Shown here: positions 28,078 through 37,427 of the stretch, in pieces
Layout of the letters: each line of letters starts with the position of its first letter
How positions within the stretch are numbered: the stretch's first letter is position 1
Assembly: GCA_026982565.1 (NCBI GenBank)
Contig: JALSGV010000044.1
Location: forward strand, 8,506 to 72,505
Direction: 5' to 3'
From: Gammaproteobacteria bacterium
Lineage (GTDB): Bacteria > Pseudomonadota > Gammaproteobacteria > SZUA-140
DNA length: 64,000 bases
Translations under genes and position numbers: made by a program
Notes under the pieces: generated by a model
Databases searched by the model: none
What the model saw: only the letters and a program-made list of their open reading frames with translations
Told to the model about the DNA's origin: nothing

Positions 28078-29331
28078 TCATGTCTCCCAAAGACATCGGA
28101 TTGGCACCGCGTACAAGCCCTCTCCAAAGGGCATCGTGGCTTCACCGTCGTATAGCACTATCCCTCCGACAAATCGTTGAGCAGCAGCCTGCTTGAGTCT
28201 GCGCAGTCCTCGAAAATCTGAGGCCGTTACCGTGGCCGCTGCCTTGATCTCGACACCGGCAACCCGCTGGCCGCTCGTTTCCAGCACGATATCCACTTCG
28301 GCGCCATCCTTGTCGCGGAAATGGTGAAAGTTGACGGTATCTTCCCACCCGCTTGCCTGGCGGCGTAATTCCTGAAACACGAAAGTTTCCAATAGCTGGC
28401 CCAGCAGCGCACGATCGGACTTCAGTGCCGCCACGTCTACCCCCAGCAACGCACAGGCAAGGCCGGTGTCACCCAAGTGCAGCTTGGGGGTCTTGATCAA
28501 GCGTCGCAGGCGGTTGCTGTGCCAGGATGGCAGTTCCTCCAGCAGGAATACCCGTGTCAGCAGCGTGATGTAGTCGCGTATGGTCTGCCGGCTGAGCTGG
28601 AATGGCGATGCCAGATCACTCACGTTGAGCAGCCGGGCGGTCTGTCCGGCGGCCAGCATCAACAAACGCGGCAAGGCATCCAGTAACCGGATACGCGCCA
28701 GATCCCGTACGTCGCGCTGCACTAGCGTCTCGATGTAATCGCGGTACCAAGCGGCCCGCCGGCGTGGAGCCAGGCGGGCAAGCGCCGCAGGATAGCCGCC
28801 TGCGACGATCCGTTCGGGCAGCTCGTCGCCGAGACGAGGCCAGTTACCCATTTCGAATCCCGCCCCGAACAGCGTGTTCAGAAACGTGGGTGGCGTTCTC
28901 GTCAGCTCCACCTGGGCTAACGGGTGCAGTCGCAGGATCTCCATGCGCCCCGCCAGGGAATCAGCGAGTTTCGGTACCAACAGCACGTTGGCAGAGCCGG
29001 TGAGCAGGAACCGGCCCGGTGTGCGGTCGCGGTCCACGGTGCTTTTCAGGGCAGTGAATAGTTCGGGAACCCGCTGCACCTCATCGAGAATGGCCCGCTC
29101 CGGCAGATCCCCGGCAAAACCCACCGGGTCCTCCCGAGCAGCGGCAAGCGCAACATCATCATCGAAACTGAAGTACGCACAACCCCTCGCCTCACCCACC
29201 ATACGCGCCAATGTGGTCTTGCCACACTGGCGCGGCCCGTGGATCAGAACGACAGGTGTATCGGCCAGCGCCTCATCGAGGCGCGGCTCCACCAGGCGGG
29301 GGTAAATTGCAGGATTGGCCATACCGGCCAA
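28078..29331 (-). CDS. AAA+ ATPase of the DUF4143/AAA_14 (COG1373) family
   Basis: 417 aa. Walker A VLIHGPRQCGKTTLAR. Typical length and architecture. High-GC, core-like composition. Confidence 0.8.
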   Translation of the reverse strand: MAGMANPAIYPRLVEPRLDEALADTPVVLIHGPRQCGKTTLARMVGEARGCAYFSFDDDVALAAAREDPVGFAGDLPERAILDEVQRVPELFTALKSTVDRDRTPGRFLLTGSANVLLVPKLADSLAGRMEILRLHPLAQVELTRTPPTFLNTLFGAGFEMGNWPRLGDELPERIVAGGYPAALARLAPRRRAAWYRDYIETLVQRDVRDLARIRLLDALPRLLMLAAGQTARLLNVSDLASPFQLSRQTIRDYITLLTRVFLLEELPSWHSNRLRRLIKTPKLHLGDTGLACALLGVDVAALKSDRALLGQLLETFVFQELRRQASGWEDTVNFHHFRDKDGAEVDIVLETSGQRVAGVEIKAAATVTASDFRGLRRLKQAAAQRFVGGIVLYDGEATMPFGEGLYAVPIRCLWET

Positions 29332-29414
29332 TCGTAACCTTAGGAATCGGCCAATTGCAAGTTTTTGCCCCGTCCAATTGTAACTTTATGGTTCGGCTGA
29401 TTGTAACTTTCCGG
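29323..29414. repeat. Four tandem, roughly 24-bp direct repeats (consensus CGGCCAATTGTAACTTT) immediately upstream of the DUF4143 ATPase start
   Basis: ccggCCAATCGTAACCTTagg / tcggCCAATTGCAAGTTTtt / cgtCCAATTGTAACTTTatgg / cggCTGATTGTAACTTTccgg, seen directly; iteron or operator-like. Confidence 0.6.
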
Positions 29415-29764
29415 CCATCTCTGCAGACCCGGAAGGAGATGTCCAGGTGATGGCACTGCCATCACCCTCGGGCCACGAACTCCCTTCGCGCCTGGAAATC
29501 GAAATTCCCCCGAAAGCCCGCACGTTGCTCCACGCTTTCACCGTTGAAATCCCGGAGCCATTCTTCCAGACTGCGGGCTGATACATCGCCATATCGCTTG
29601 GATAAAATCGCACAAACAGAAAACATCAGCAGTCCACGCAGAATAACCCGTCGTCATTCTCGCATATTTCCACTGTGAGTTCCCCAGCCCGTGTTTCTCA
29701 CCAGGAGGCGGGATGAAATAGTCGTGCGAGGCCCCGCTGATGGTGGGCCTGTTGTTTGATCATC

Positions 29765-30703
29765 CTACTGCTTTCCCTTGTTCCCCGCACTCCGGCCGAC
29801 CAGGGTCACCCCCGCCAGGATCATCGCCGCCCCGGCCAGTTGCGCCATGCCCAGGGATTCATCGAGCAACAGCCAGGCGAGGAACAGCGTGACCACAGGG
29901 CCCGTCGAGCCGATGATGGAGGCCGGGCTGGCGCCGATGCGATGGATGCCGGCATGCATGAGGAAAGCCGGCACCACCGTTGACACGATGGCCATGAGCA
30001 GCGTCAAGGCGTAAACCTCCAGCGGCAGATTGAGCGCCGACAGAGGATGGCTGAGACTGAAATGGACAACTGCCGCAATACTGGCCGCCGTCATGGCATA
30101 GGCGGTAAACGCGATGGAGCCTGAGCGCCGCATACGGGCGCCGGACAGCATCAGATAGAGAGCGAACACTACGGCCGATGCGAATACCAGGGACGCGCCC
30201 AGCCACAGGCGCGGCAATACCGTCTCCTGCGGCTGCATAAAGACCACTGCGATCCCCAGGTAACTCAGAACCAGTGCGCCTGCCTCACCTGCCGAGATGG
30301 GACGGCGGTAAAATAATGACGAGAACATTACCACCATTGTCGGATAGAGAAACAGGATCAGACGCTCTACACCGGCCGGAATGTATGCCAGCCCGGCAAA
30401 GTCGAGAAACCCTGCCAGATAGAAACCCATCATCCCCAGCGCGGCGATCAGCGCCAGCTCGCGGCGCCCGGGCGACGGAATGTGGCGCTGGCTCTGCAAC
30501 CAAAGGGCGACACCGAGAAAAAAAGGCAGCGCAAACAGCATGCGCAAGGTCATCAATGTAATGGCGTCCACCTCGGTGCTGTGAGCATAGGCCAGCTTGA
30601 CAAGAACCGCCTTGGTGGAAAATCCCACGGCCGCGAGCAGCACCATGGATATGCCGATCAGGCGCTGACGAGCCCTTGTTTGTATCGTTCGAGCCGTTTC
30701 CAC
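29765..30703 (-). CDS. DMT-superfamily (EamA-like) transporter
   Basis: 312 aa; about 10 predicted TM helices. Duplicated EamA-like halves. Confidence 0.75.
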   Translation of the reverse strand: METARTIQTRARQRLIGISMVLLAAVGFSTKAVLVKLAYAHSTEVDAITLMTLRMLFALPFFLGVALWLQSQRHIPSPGRRELALIAALGMMGFYLAGFLDFAGLAYIPAGVERLILFLYPTMVVMFSSLFYRRPISAGEAGALVLSYLGIAVVFMQPQETVLPRLWLGASLVFASAVVFALYLMLSGARMRRSGSIAFTAYAMTAASIAAVVHFSLSHPLSALNLPLEVYALTLLMAIVSTVVPAFLMHAGIHRIGASPASIIGSTGPVVTLFLAWLLLDESLGMAQLAGAAMILAGVTLVGRSAGNKGKQ

Positions 30704-31052
30704 GCACGTCTCCCTGTTGGTCAGGGCAACCGTGGATCTTGCTTCAGGAAGGTGTCAGGACAGAGCTTTGCGGCGAGATCCGCGGCTGTCCTGAGTTGAT
30801 TGAAATTTATGAAATGTAATCAGCACAGACCGCAGTGGAAACCCGGTTTCCACCACAGTCGCATGGAGCGAACAGTTGATTCTGTGCTGATGAAAGAATT
30901 CATGAAATCAGACTAACTGCGCCACAGCCTCTTTGTCAACACTTCTTCCTGTTCCCGCGAAGACCCTGTCACCGGCCCCGCCTACTGTACTCTGGAACCC
31001 TGGTGAACGATGCATGAACGAACTTCATGGCCGCGTTGCTGCCACCCAGTGA

Positions 31053-31590
31053 TCAACCCGCCGGGCCGTTCTGCGGATTTCCATTCCGGGTCAACACACC
31101 TTCCGTGCAGCGCATGTCCATTGGCCGGCAGACATCGGCCTTTCTGAACCATCTCGCCTGATTGTCGGTCTGGATCAGCACAACCTTGCTCTTGACCTCG
31201 ACAACGAAACCACAGTGGATATCATCACCTTTCTGCAGATGCTCCCGGAAAGTGGATGTCGGTAATGCCCCGGTCCTTGAACACGGCAATCACGCGCTGA
31301 TGCCGGTCCGGTAGGACGGGAAGTTCGTCCTTGATACTGGTGAGCGCGCCGGCCACATCCTCGTCGGCATAGATGGCCAATGCCTCTTTCAGATGGCGCC
31401 CCACGCCGTAGCAGTCCACCACCGGTCCGCAGTGCTTGTTGGGACAGGTCCGATTGACACGGGCGATGGCTTGCAAGAGATCGTGGTCGCGAATGGAGCG
31501 ATCGAGGTATAGCACCTATTCGACCGGCGCATCGAAACCGTGAGCAGCATGCTCTTGGCGATGATAAAGGCCAGGCTGTCGGTTCTCCCC
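31053..31590 (-). pseudogene. hsdR: Remnant of a Type I restriction enzyme R subunit (HsdR) C-terminal helicase region; frameshifted and truncated
   Basis: Three consecutive frames: ...HGFDAPVE (end of ORF 31516-32097), then MLYLDRSIRDHDLLQAIARVNRTCP...VVDCYGVG (31225-31515), then a shifted tail. These match the HsdR/SF2 motifs ...TGFDAP..TLYLDKP..H.L.QAI.RVNR.....G.VVDY.G. A REP-like element and grxD follow immediately. Confidence 0.55.
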
Positions 31591-31655
31591 TCTCCCTCCG
31601 GAGGGAGAAGGGACTAAAACCTTTTGCGACACCCTCCAGGGAGGGGTGAGGGGGG
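31583..31655. repeat. REP-like element copy 3, inverted orientation (CTCCCCTCTCCCTCCGGAGGGAGAAGGGAC ... CTTTTGCGACACCCTCCAGGGAGGGGTGAGGGGGG)
   Basis: Reverse complement of the CCCTCACCCC...GAGGGTGTCGCAAAAG unit seen at 11811-11840. Lies between the HsdR remnant and the grxD stop. Confidence 0.6.
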
Positions 31656-31673
31656 ATAGAAAAGAAAGGCTGA

Positions 31674-31997
31674 TCAGCTCACTGCGCTGTGGGCGGCCTG
31701 CACCATTTTCTGCAATTCGCCCTGCTGGTAGAGTTCCATGACGATGTCGCAGCCGCCTACCAGTTCGCCATTGATATAGAGCTGGGGAAAGGTGGGCCAG
31801 TTGGCGTACTTGGGGAGGTTGGCGCGGATCTCGGGATCGGCCAGGACGTCCACGTGAACGAAATCCGCGCCGCAGGCCTGCAGGGCCTGGACCACGTGGC
31901 TGGAGAAACCGCACATGGGAAATTGCGGCGATCCCTTCATATAGAGGACGATGGAATGACCTTCGACCTGCTGTTTGATTTTTTCCATCACATCCAT
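31674..31997 (-). CDS. grxD: Monothiol glutaredoxin (Grx4 family, CGFS active site)
   Basis: 107 aa; VLYMKGSPQFPMCGFSSHVVQAL...WPTFPQLYINGELVGGCDI. Confidence 0.95.
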   Translation of the reverse strand: MDVMEKIKQQVEGHSIVLYMKGSPQFPMCGFSSHVVQALQACGADFVHVDVLADPEIRANLPKYANWPTFPQLYINGELVGGCDIVMELYQQGELQKMVQAAHSAVS

Positions 31998-32072
31998 ATC
32001 GTCTGATCCTCACTTTCTGTCGATTGCATATAAACCGCCATGATACGACAAATACCTGACTAATCCAATAGG

Positions 32073-33617
32073 TTATTGGCCTTCGGCTGGGCCCCATCCC
32101 CCGCCGCCAGGCGTCTCGATGCGCAGCCGGTCGCCCGCCTGCACGGTGAAAACCGTCTTGGGGGGCAACTTGCGCCCGTTCAGGGTATCGCTACCCACCT
32201 TGCCCGGGGCCCCACCCCGCAGCCCCCAAGGTGCATGGTAACGCCGTTCCGTAATGAGTGTGACCGTCGCCGGGGCGAGAAATTCATATTCCCGCACCAG
32301 CCCGTCCCCGCCCGCGTGGCGTCCCGCCCCGCCGGAGCCATGGCGGATCCCGTAGCGCCGGATGCGCAAGGGAAAATGCATTTCAGCGCTCTCTATGGGG
32401 GTGTTGAGCGTATTGGTCATGTGGGAATGTATGGCGCCCAGGCCAGCCCGCCGCGCTCCGCCTCCCATGCCGCCGCCCAGGGTCTCGTAATAATCCCAGG
32501 CCTGGCCGTGATCCCCGCCCATGGCAATGTTGTTCATGGTGCCTTGGCTGGCGGCGGGAATACGCCCGGGCATGGCCTGGGCCAATGCCCCCAACACCAC
32601 GTCCACGATGCGCATGCTGGTCTCCACGTTGCCCGCGGCCACCGCGGCGGGGCGGCGCGCATTGACCAGGCTCCCCGCGGGCGCCGTGAGCGTAATGGGC
32701 CGGAAGCTGCCGGCGCAGGCCGGCGTCTGGGAGGGCATGAGACAGCGGAACACGTAATAGACCGCTGCCGCCGCCACCGACAGGGGGCAGTTGATGTTGC
32801 CCGGCGCCTGCGCCGCCGTGCCGCTGAAATCCACGGCCACGTCTTCCCCCTGCTTGGTGATGCATACCTGGATGGGAATGTCCCGGAGCCCGGTACCGTC
32901 GTCATCCATGACATCGGCAAAGGTATAGCGCCCATCGGGAATTCGGGCCAGGCTGCCCCGCGCCAGGCGCTCGCCGTAATCATTGAGGGCGCGCAGGGCC
33001 TGTGCGTATGAAGCGCTTCCCATCCCCTCCACCAATGCCCGCAGGCGCCGCGCCCCGCAGCGGTTGGCGCTGAGCTGGGCCGCATAGTCGCCCCGCGCCT
33101 GCGCCGCGTTGCGGCTGCCCTTTATGATCTCCGCCATCGCCTCCTCATTCACCTGCCCGTCGCGCGCGAGATGGGTGGGGGGAATGACGACGCCCTCCTC
33201 CTCCAGGGTGCGCGAGATGGGCATGGAGCCGGGGGTGGCGGCGCCGATATCGGCGTGATGGGCGCGATTGACCACGAAACCCGCCAACTCTTCCCCTTCC
33301 AGAAACACAGGAGTAATGAGGGTCACATCGGGGAGGTGGGTGCCGCCCAGGTAGGGATCGTTGACGATGACCGTATCCCCGGGCCGCCAGGCCATGCGGC
33401 GCACGATGCCTTCCATGGCATAGGCCATGCTGCCGAGATGAACGGGGATATGGGCGGCCTGGGCGCACAGCCCGCCCGAAGTGTCGAACACGGCGCAGGA
33501 GAAGTCCAGGCGGTCCTTGATATTGGGGGACAAGGCGGCGCGTTGCAGCACCGCGCCCATCTCGTCACAAATGGCGCTGATGCGGCTGGCGAAAAGGCTC
33601 AGTTCAATGGCGTTCAT
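32073..33617 (-). CDS. Hydantoinase B / oxoprolinase-family protein (HyuB-like); no adjacent A subunit
   Basis: 514 aa; [23 protein letters not shown] and the glycine-rich C-terminus are typical of N-methylhydantoinase B / 5-oxoprolinase B. Confidence 0.8.
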   Translation of the reverse strand: MNAIELSLFASRISAICDEMGAVLQRAALSPNIKDRLDFSCAVFDTSGGLCAQAAHIPVHLGSMAYAMEGIVRRMAWRPGDTVIVNDPYLGGTHLPDVTLITPVFLEGEELAGFVVNRAHHADIGAATPGSMPISRTLEEEGVVIPPTHLARDGQVNEEAMAEIIKGSRNAAQARGDYAAQLSANRCGARRLRALVEGMGSASYAQALRALNDYGERLARGSLARIPDGRYTFADVMDDDGTGLRDIPIQVCITKQGEDVAVDFSGTAAQAPGNINCPLSVAAAAVYYVFRCLMPSQTPACAGSFRPITLTAPAGSLVNARRPAAVAAGNVETSMRIVDVVLGALAQAMPGRIPAASQGTMNNIAMGGDHGQAWDYYETLGGGMGGGARRAGLGAIHSHMTNTLNTPIESAEMHFPLRIRRYGIRHGSGGAGRHAGGDGLVREYEFLAPATVTLITERRYHAPWGLRGGAPGKVGSDTLNGRKLPPKTVFTVQAGDRLRIETPGGGGWGPAEGQ

Positions 33618-33760
33618 GTCCAGGCCATCTTATGGCGTGATCCCGCGCCGCACAAGACGTTGTCAAGTTGAACCGGGGAAGCGGGTGCTATAAACTCTGC
33701 CCCAGCAATTCACTCGGGAATAATGCCGGCGCCTGGCCGGCGTATTCACCTCTCAAGCAT

Positions 33761-34354
33761 ATGGAGAAAGCAATGGAACACAAACTACCCGAACTGCCCT
33801 ACAGCAAAGACGCCCTGGAGCCCCATATTTCGGCCGAGACGCTGGAATATCACTACGGCAAGCATCACCAGACCTACGTCACCAATCTGAACAAGCTCAT
33901 TTCCGGCACGGAATTCGAGGACATGAGCCTGGAGGACATCATCAAAAAATCCAGCGGCGGCCTGTTCAACAACGCGGCCCAGGTCTGGAATCACACCTTC
34001 TACTGGAACTGCCTCAGCCCCAACGGGGGCGGCGCGCCCGGCGGTGAGCTGGCCGCGGCCATCGACAAGGCCTTCGGCTCCTTCGAGGAATTCAAGAATC
34101 AGTTCAGCCAGACAGCCATCACCACCTTCGGCTCCGGCTGGGCCTGGCTGGTCAAGAACGCCGACGGCTCCCTGGCCCTGGTCAGCACCAGCAACGCCGG
34201 CTGCCCCCTGACAGCGGACCAGACGCCGCTGCTGACCTGCGACGTATGGGAGCACGCCTACTACATCGACTACCGCAACGCGCGCCCGCAATACGTTGAC
34301 CACTTCTGGAATCTCGTCAACTGGGATTTCGCCGCCGGCAATTTCGCGGGCTGA
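33761..34354 (+). CDS. sodB: Fe/Mn superoxide dismutase
   Basis: [36 protein letters not shown]...[16 protein letters not shown]...[16 protein letters not shown] is near-identical in pattern to E. coli SodB. Start taken at [14 protein letters not shown]; the ORF-track start at 33668 is not conserved. Confidence 0.95.
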   Translation: MEKAMEHKLPELPYSKDALEPHISAETLEYHYGKHHQTYVTNLNKLISGTEFEDMSLEDIIKKSSGGLFNNAAQVWNHTFYWNCLSPNGGGAPGGELAAAIDKAFGSFEEFKNQFSQTAITTFGSGWAWLVKNADGSLALVSTSNAGCPLTADQTPLLTCDVWEHAYYIDYRNARPQYVDHFWNLVNWDFAAGNFAG

Positions 34355-34364
34355 GATTGCAAGA

Positions 34365-34392
34365 CGGCGCCGGCCAGGCGGCCGGCGCCGCG
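34365..34392 (+). terminator. GC-rich perfect hairpin GGCGCCGGCC-aggc-GGCCGGCGCC just downstream of sodB (no U-tract)
   Basis: Seen directly in sequence. Lacks a T-run, so it may be a regulatory or structural element rather than an intrinsic terminator. Confidence 0.35.
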
Positions 34393-34393
34393 A

Positions 34394-35113
34394 GTGGCTT
34401 CCATGGCGCAAACCCGCAAACAGGTTCAGATCAACTATTTCTCTGACGTCCTGTGTGTATGGGCCTATACGGCGCAAATCAGACTGGACCAATTGAAGGC
34501 CCAGTTCGGCGACAGCGTCAGCGTAACCTATCACTACCTGACCATTTTCGGCCATACGCAGTCACGGGTCGTCGAAGGATGGAAAGAGCGGGGTGGCGTC
34601 GAGGCCTATTGCGAACATGTCAGACAGGTCGGAGAAACTTTCGATCACATCCATATTCACCCAGACATATGGAAAACCAACCGTCCCGCCTCTTCCCTGA
34701 GCTGCCACCTGTTTCTCAAGGCCGTGGAACTGCTGGAGCAGAAAGGCCTGATTCCCACCACGCCACAGGCGCACTGCGATGGCAGGACACTCTACGAGGA
34801 AGCGGCCTGGCAGTGCCGCCTGGCCTTTTTTCGCGACCTGAAGGACATTGCGCGCTATGAATGCCAGATGGAGATCGCCGCCACACTGGGCTTGCCATGC
34901 GCCGAAATCGATACCCTGCTGAAAAACGGCGAGGCCTGCGCCGCCCTCAGCGCCGACCTCGAAAGCAAGGAAAAATATGCCGTCAAGGGCAGCCCCACCC
35001 TGATTCTCAATGAAGGCCGCCAGATCCTCTACGGCAACATCGGTTACAAGATCATCGAGGCCAACATCCACGAACTGCTCGAACGGCCCGCGGACCAAGC
35101 CAGCTGGTGTTGA
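34394..35113 (+). CDS. DsbA-like thioredoxin-fold protein (FrnE/HCCA-isomerase-like; single Cys in place of CxxC)
   Basis: 239 aa; N-terminal VQINYFSDVLCVWAY resembles the DsbA/FrnE active-site region but has CVWA rather than CPxC. Confidence 0.55.
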   Translation: MASMAQTRKQVQINYFSDVLCVWAYTAQIRLDQLKAQFGDSVSVTYHYLTIFGHTQSRVVEGWKERGGVEAYCEHVRQVGETFDHIHIHPDIWKTNRPASSLSCHLFLKAVELLEQKGLIPTTPQAHCDGRTLYEEAAWQCRLAFFRDLKDIARYECQMEIAATLGLPCAEIDTLLKNGEACAALSADLESKEKYAVKGSPTLILNEGRQILYGNIGYKIIEANIHELLERPADQASWC

Positions 35114-35291
35114 TATGATTAACCCGGCACGCTACCCATATACGTAAATTCTCCACTGGCCTGTCACCCCTCGCCCAGAATGGAAGGACCTGCAAAACGC
35201 CTGAATCCTTTGCGAATCCGGAAAAGCGGCTATAATAACCTGTGTTGCAGCCCTGTGCTGCTTTTTGCTTTCAGGACCGCGGAAAATTCTC

Positions 35292-36476
35292 ATGGCAGAC
35301 CACTTGATGACGAACTATGCCCCACTGCCGATCACCTTCACCCGTGGTGAAGGCGCCTGGTTGTGGGACGAGCAGGATAAAATCCACCTCGACGCCTTGA
35401 GCGGCATCGGGGTGTGCGGCCTGGGCCATGCCCACCCTGCGGTAACGGAGGCCATCCGTGAGCAGGCGCAGCGGTTGTTGCACACCAGCAACCTCTACCA
35501 TATCCAGCGCCAGGAACAACTGGCGGAGAAGCTGTGCGGCGTGGCGGACATGGAGAAGGCCTTTTTCTGCAACTCCGGCGCGGAAGCCGTGGAAGCCGCC
35601 ATCAAACTGGCCCGCCTCCATGGACACCAGCGGGGCATTGCACAACCTTCCATCATCGTCATGGAAAACAGTTTTCACGGCCGCACCCTGGCCACCCTCT
35701 CCGCGACGGGCAACCGCAAGGTGCAGGCCGGTTTCGAACCCCTGGTGCAGGGCTTCATCCGCGCTCCTTTTAATGACATCGAGGCCCTCAGGGTGATCGC
35801 CCGGAACGACCCCAACGTGGTGGCTGTGCTCCTCGAACCCATACAGGGGGAAGGCGGTATCATCGTCCCCGACGATGACTACCTGCCGCAGGTGCGCGCC
35901 CTGTGCGACGACCATGGCTGGCTCATGATGCTCGACGAGATCCAGACCGGCATGTGCCGCACCGGCGCCTGGTTCGCCTGCCAGCATGGCAACACCCTTC
36001 CCGATGTCATGTGCCTCGCCAAGGGACTGGGCAACGGCGTACCCATCGGCGCCTGCCTGGCGCGCGGCAAGGCGGCCGAAGCCTTCCAGCCCGGCAACCA
36101 CGGTTCGACCTTCGGCGGCAACCCCCTGGCATGCAGCGCCGCACTGGCCGTCATTACCACTCTGGAGGAACAGGACCTGGCCGCACGCGCTGCCGAACTG
36201 GGTGAGAACATTCGTGAGGGCCTGAAAAATGCCCTGGCTGATTGCAGTATTGTCAGGGAAATTCGTGGCGCAGGCCTGATGATCGGCATCGAACTGCACC
36301 GCCCCTGTACGGATCTGGTCACGTCGGCGGCCGTGGATCACGGTCTGTTGATCAGCGTTCAGGCTGAACGCACCATCAGGCTGCTGCCGCCTCTCATCAT
36401 CAGCGATGACGAGGCCTACCAGCTCATCAATATTACCAGCACCGTTATCCATGACTTTGCTGCAACCACCGACTGA
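35292..36476 (+). CDS. argD: Acetylornithine aminotransferase (class III PLP aminotransferase)
   Basis: MTNYAPLPITFTRGEGAWLWD...GLGHAHPAV..., FFCNSGAEAVEAAIKLAR, DEIQTGMCRTG, GSHGSTFGGNPLAC. Start taken at MADHLMTNY. Confidence 0.9.
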   Translation: MADHLMTNYAPLPITFTRGEGAWLWDEQDKIHLDALSGIGVCGLGHAHPAVTEAIREQAQRLLHTSNLYHIQRQEQLAEKLCGVADMEKAFFCNSGAEAVEAAIKLARLHGHQRGIAQPSIIVMENSFHGRTLATLSATGNRKVQAGFEPLVQGFIRAPFNDIEALRVIARNDPNVVAVLLEPIQGEGGIIVPDDDYLPQVRALCDDHGWLMMLDEIQTGMCRTGAWFACQHGNTLPDVMCLAKGLGNGVPIGACLARGKAAEAFQPGNHGSTFGGNPLACSAALAVITTLEEQDLAARAAELGENIREGLKNALADCSIVREIRGAGLMIGIELHRPCTDLVTSAAVDHGLLISVQAERTIRLLPPLIISDDEAYQLINITSTVIHDFAATTD

Positions 36477-36512
36477 GTTCCTGTCAGCGAGAATAAATTC
36501 TGAAACAGTTTT

Positions 36513-37418
36513 ATGAAGCAGCCTCGTCATTTCTTGTCTTTGCTGGATATTTCAGGCGAAGAATTCCGCAACCTGATCACGCGCGCCATTGAACTCAAGG
36601 CCATGGTGCGCGCCGGCACCATTTACGAGCCCCTGAAGAACAAAACCCTGGCCATGGTGTTCGAGAAATCATCCACACGCACGCGCGTCTCATTCGAAAC
36701 AGGCATGGTGCAATTCGGTGGCAGCGCCATTTTTCTCTCGCCGCGGGATACCCAGCTTGGTCGAGGCGAACCCGTGGAGGACTCGGCCCGCGTGCTGTCG
36801 CGCATGGTGGATGTCATCATGGTGCGGACCTACGCCCATGAAACCCTGGAACTGTTCGCCACGCATTCACGCGTCCCGGTGATCAACGGCCTGTCGGACC
36901 TGTTTCACCCCTGCCAATTGCTGGCGGACATGCAGACCTATTTTGAACACCGCGGCGATATAGGAGGCAAGACCGTGGCCTGGATCGGCGACGGGAACAA
37001 CATGTGCCATTCCTATATCAACGCCGCGCACCTGCTGGGTTTCAAGCTGCGCATCGCTTCACCAGCCGGCTACCAGCCCCGCCCGCATCTCATCCAGGCA
37101 AAACAGGCCGGCATCGAGCTGTTCGAGGATCCCGCGGAAGCAGCCCGGAATGCCGACCTCGTGGTCACCGATGTGTGGGCCAGCATGGGACAGGAAGATG
37201 AAAACCATCAGCGCAGCCTGGCATTCCGGAATTATCAGGTCGACAGCCGGCTGATGGCGCTGGCCGCCCCGAATGCGGTCTTCATGCATTGCCTGCCCGC
37301 CCACCGCGGCGAGGAAGTCTCCGCCGATGTCATCGATGGCAGCCAGAGCGTGGTGTGGGACGAGGCCGAGAACCGCCTGCACGCCCAAAAGGCCCTGCTG
37401 GAGTTCCTCCTTACCTGA
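36513..37418 (+). CDS. argF: Ornithine carbamoyltransferase
   Basis: 301 aa; [24 protein letters not shown] motifs. Confidence 0.95.
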   Translation: MKQPRHFLSLLDISGEEFRNLITRAIELKAMVRAGTIYEPLKNKTLAMVFEKSSTRTRVSFETGMVQFGGSAIFLSPRDTQLGRGEPVEDSARVLSRMVDVIMVRTYAHETLELFATHSRVPVINGLSDLFHPCQLLADMQTYFEHRGDIGGKTVAWIGDGNNMCHSYINAAHLLGFKLRIASPAGYQPRPHLIQAKQAGIELFEDPAEAARNADLVVTDVWASMGQEDENHQRSLAFRNYQVDSRLMALAAPNAVFMHCLPAHRGEEVSADVIDGSQSVVWDEAENRLHAQKALLEFLLT

Positions 37419-37427
37419 CGGATAACC

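Noticed and set aside
31516-32097. 193-aa minus-strand ORF overlapping grxD
   Set aside because: Different frame from the well-supported grxD. Only its last residues (...GFDAPVE) are meaningful, as part of the HsdR remnant.
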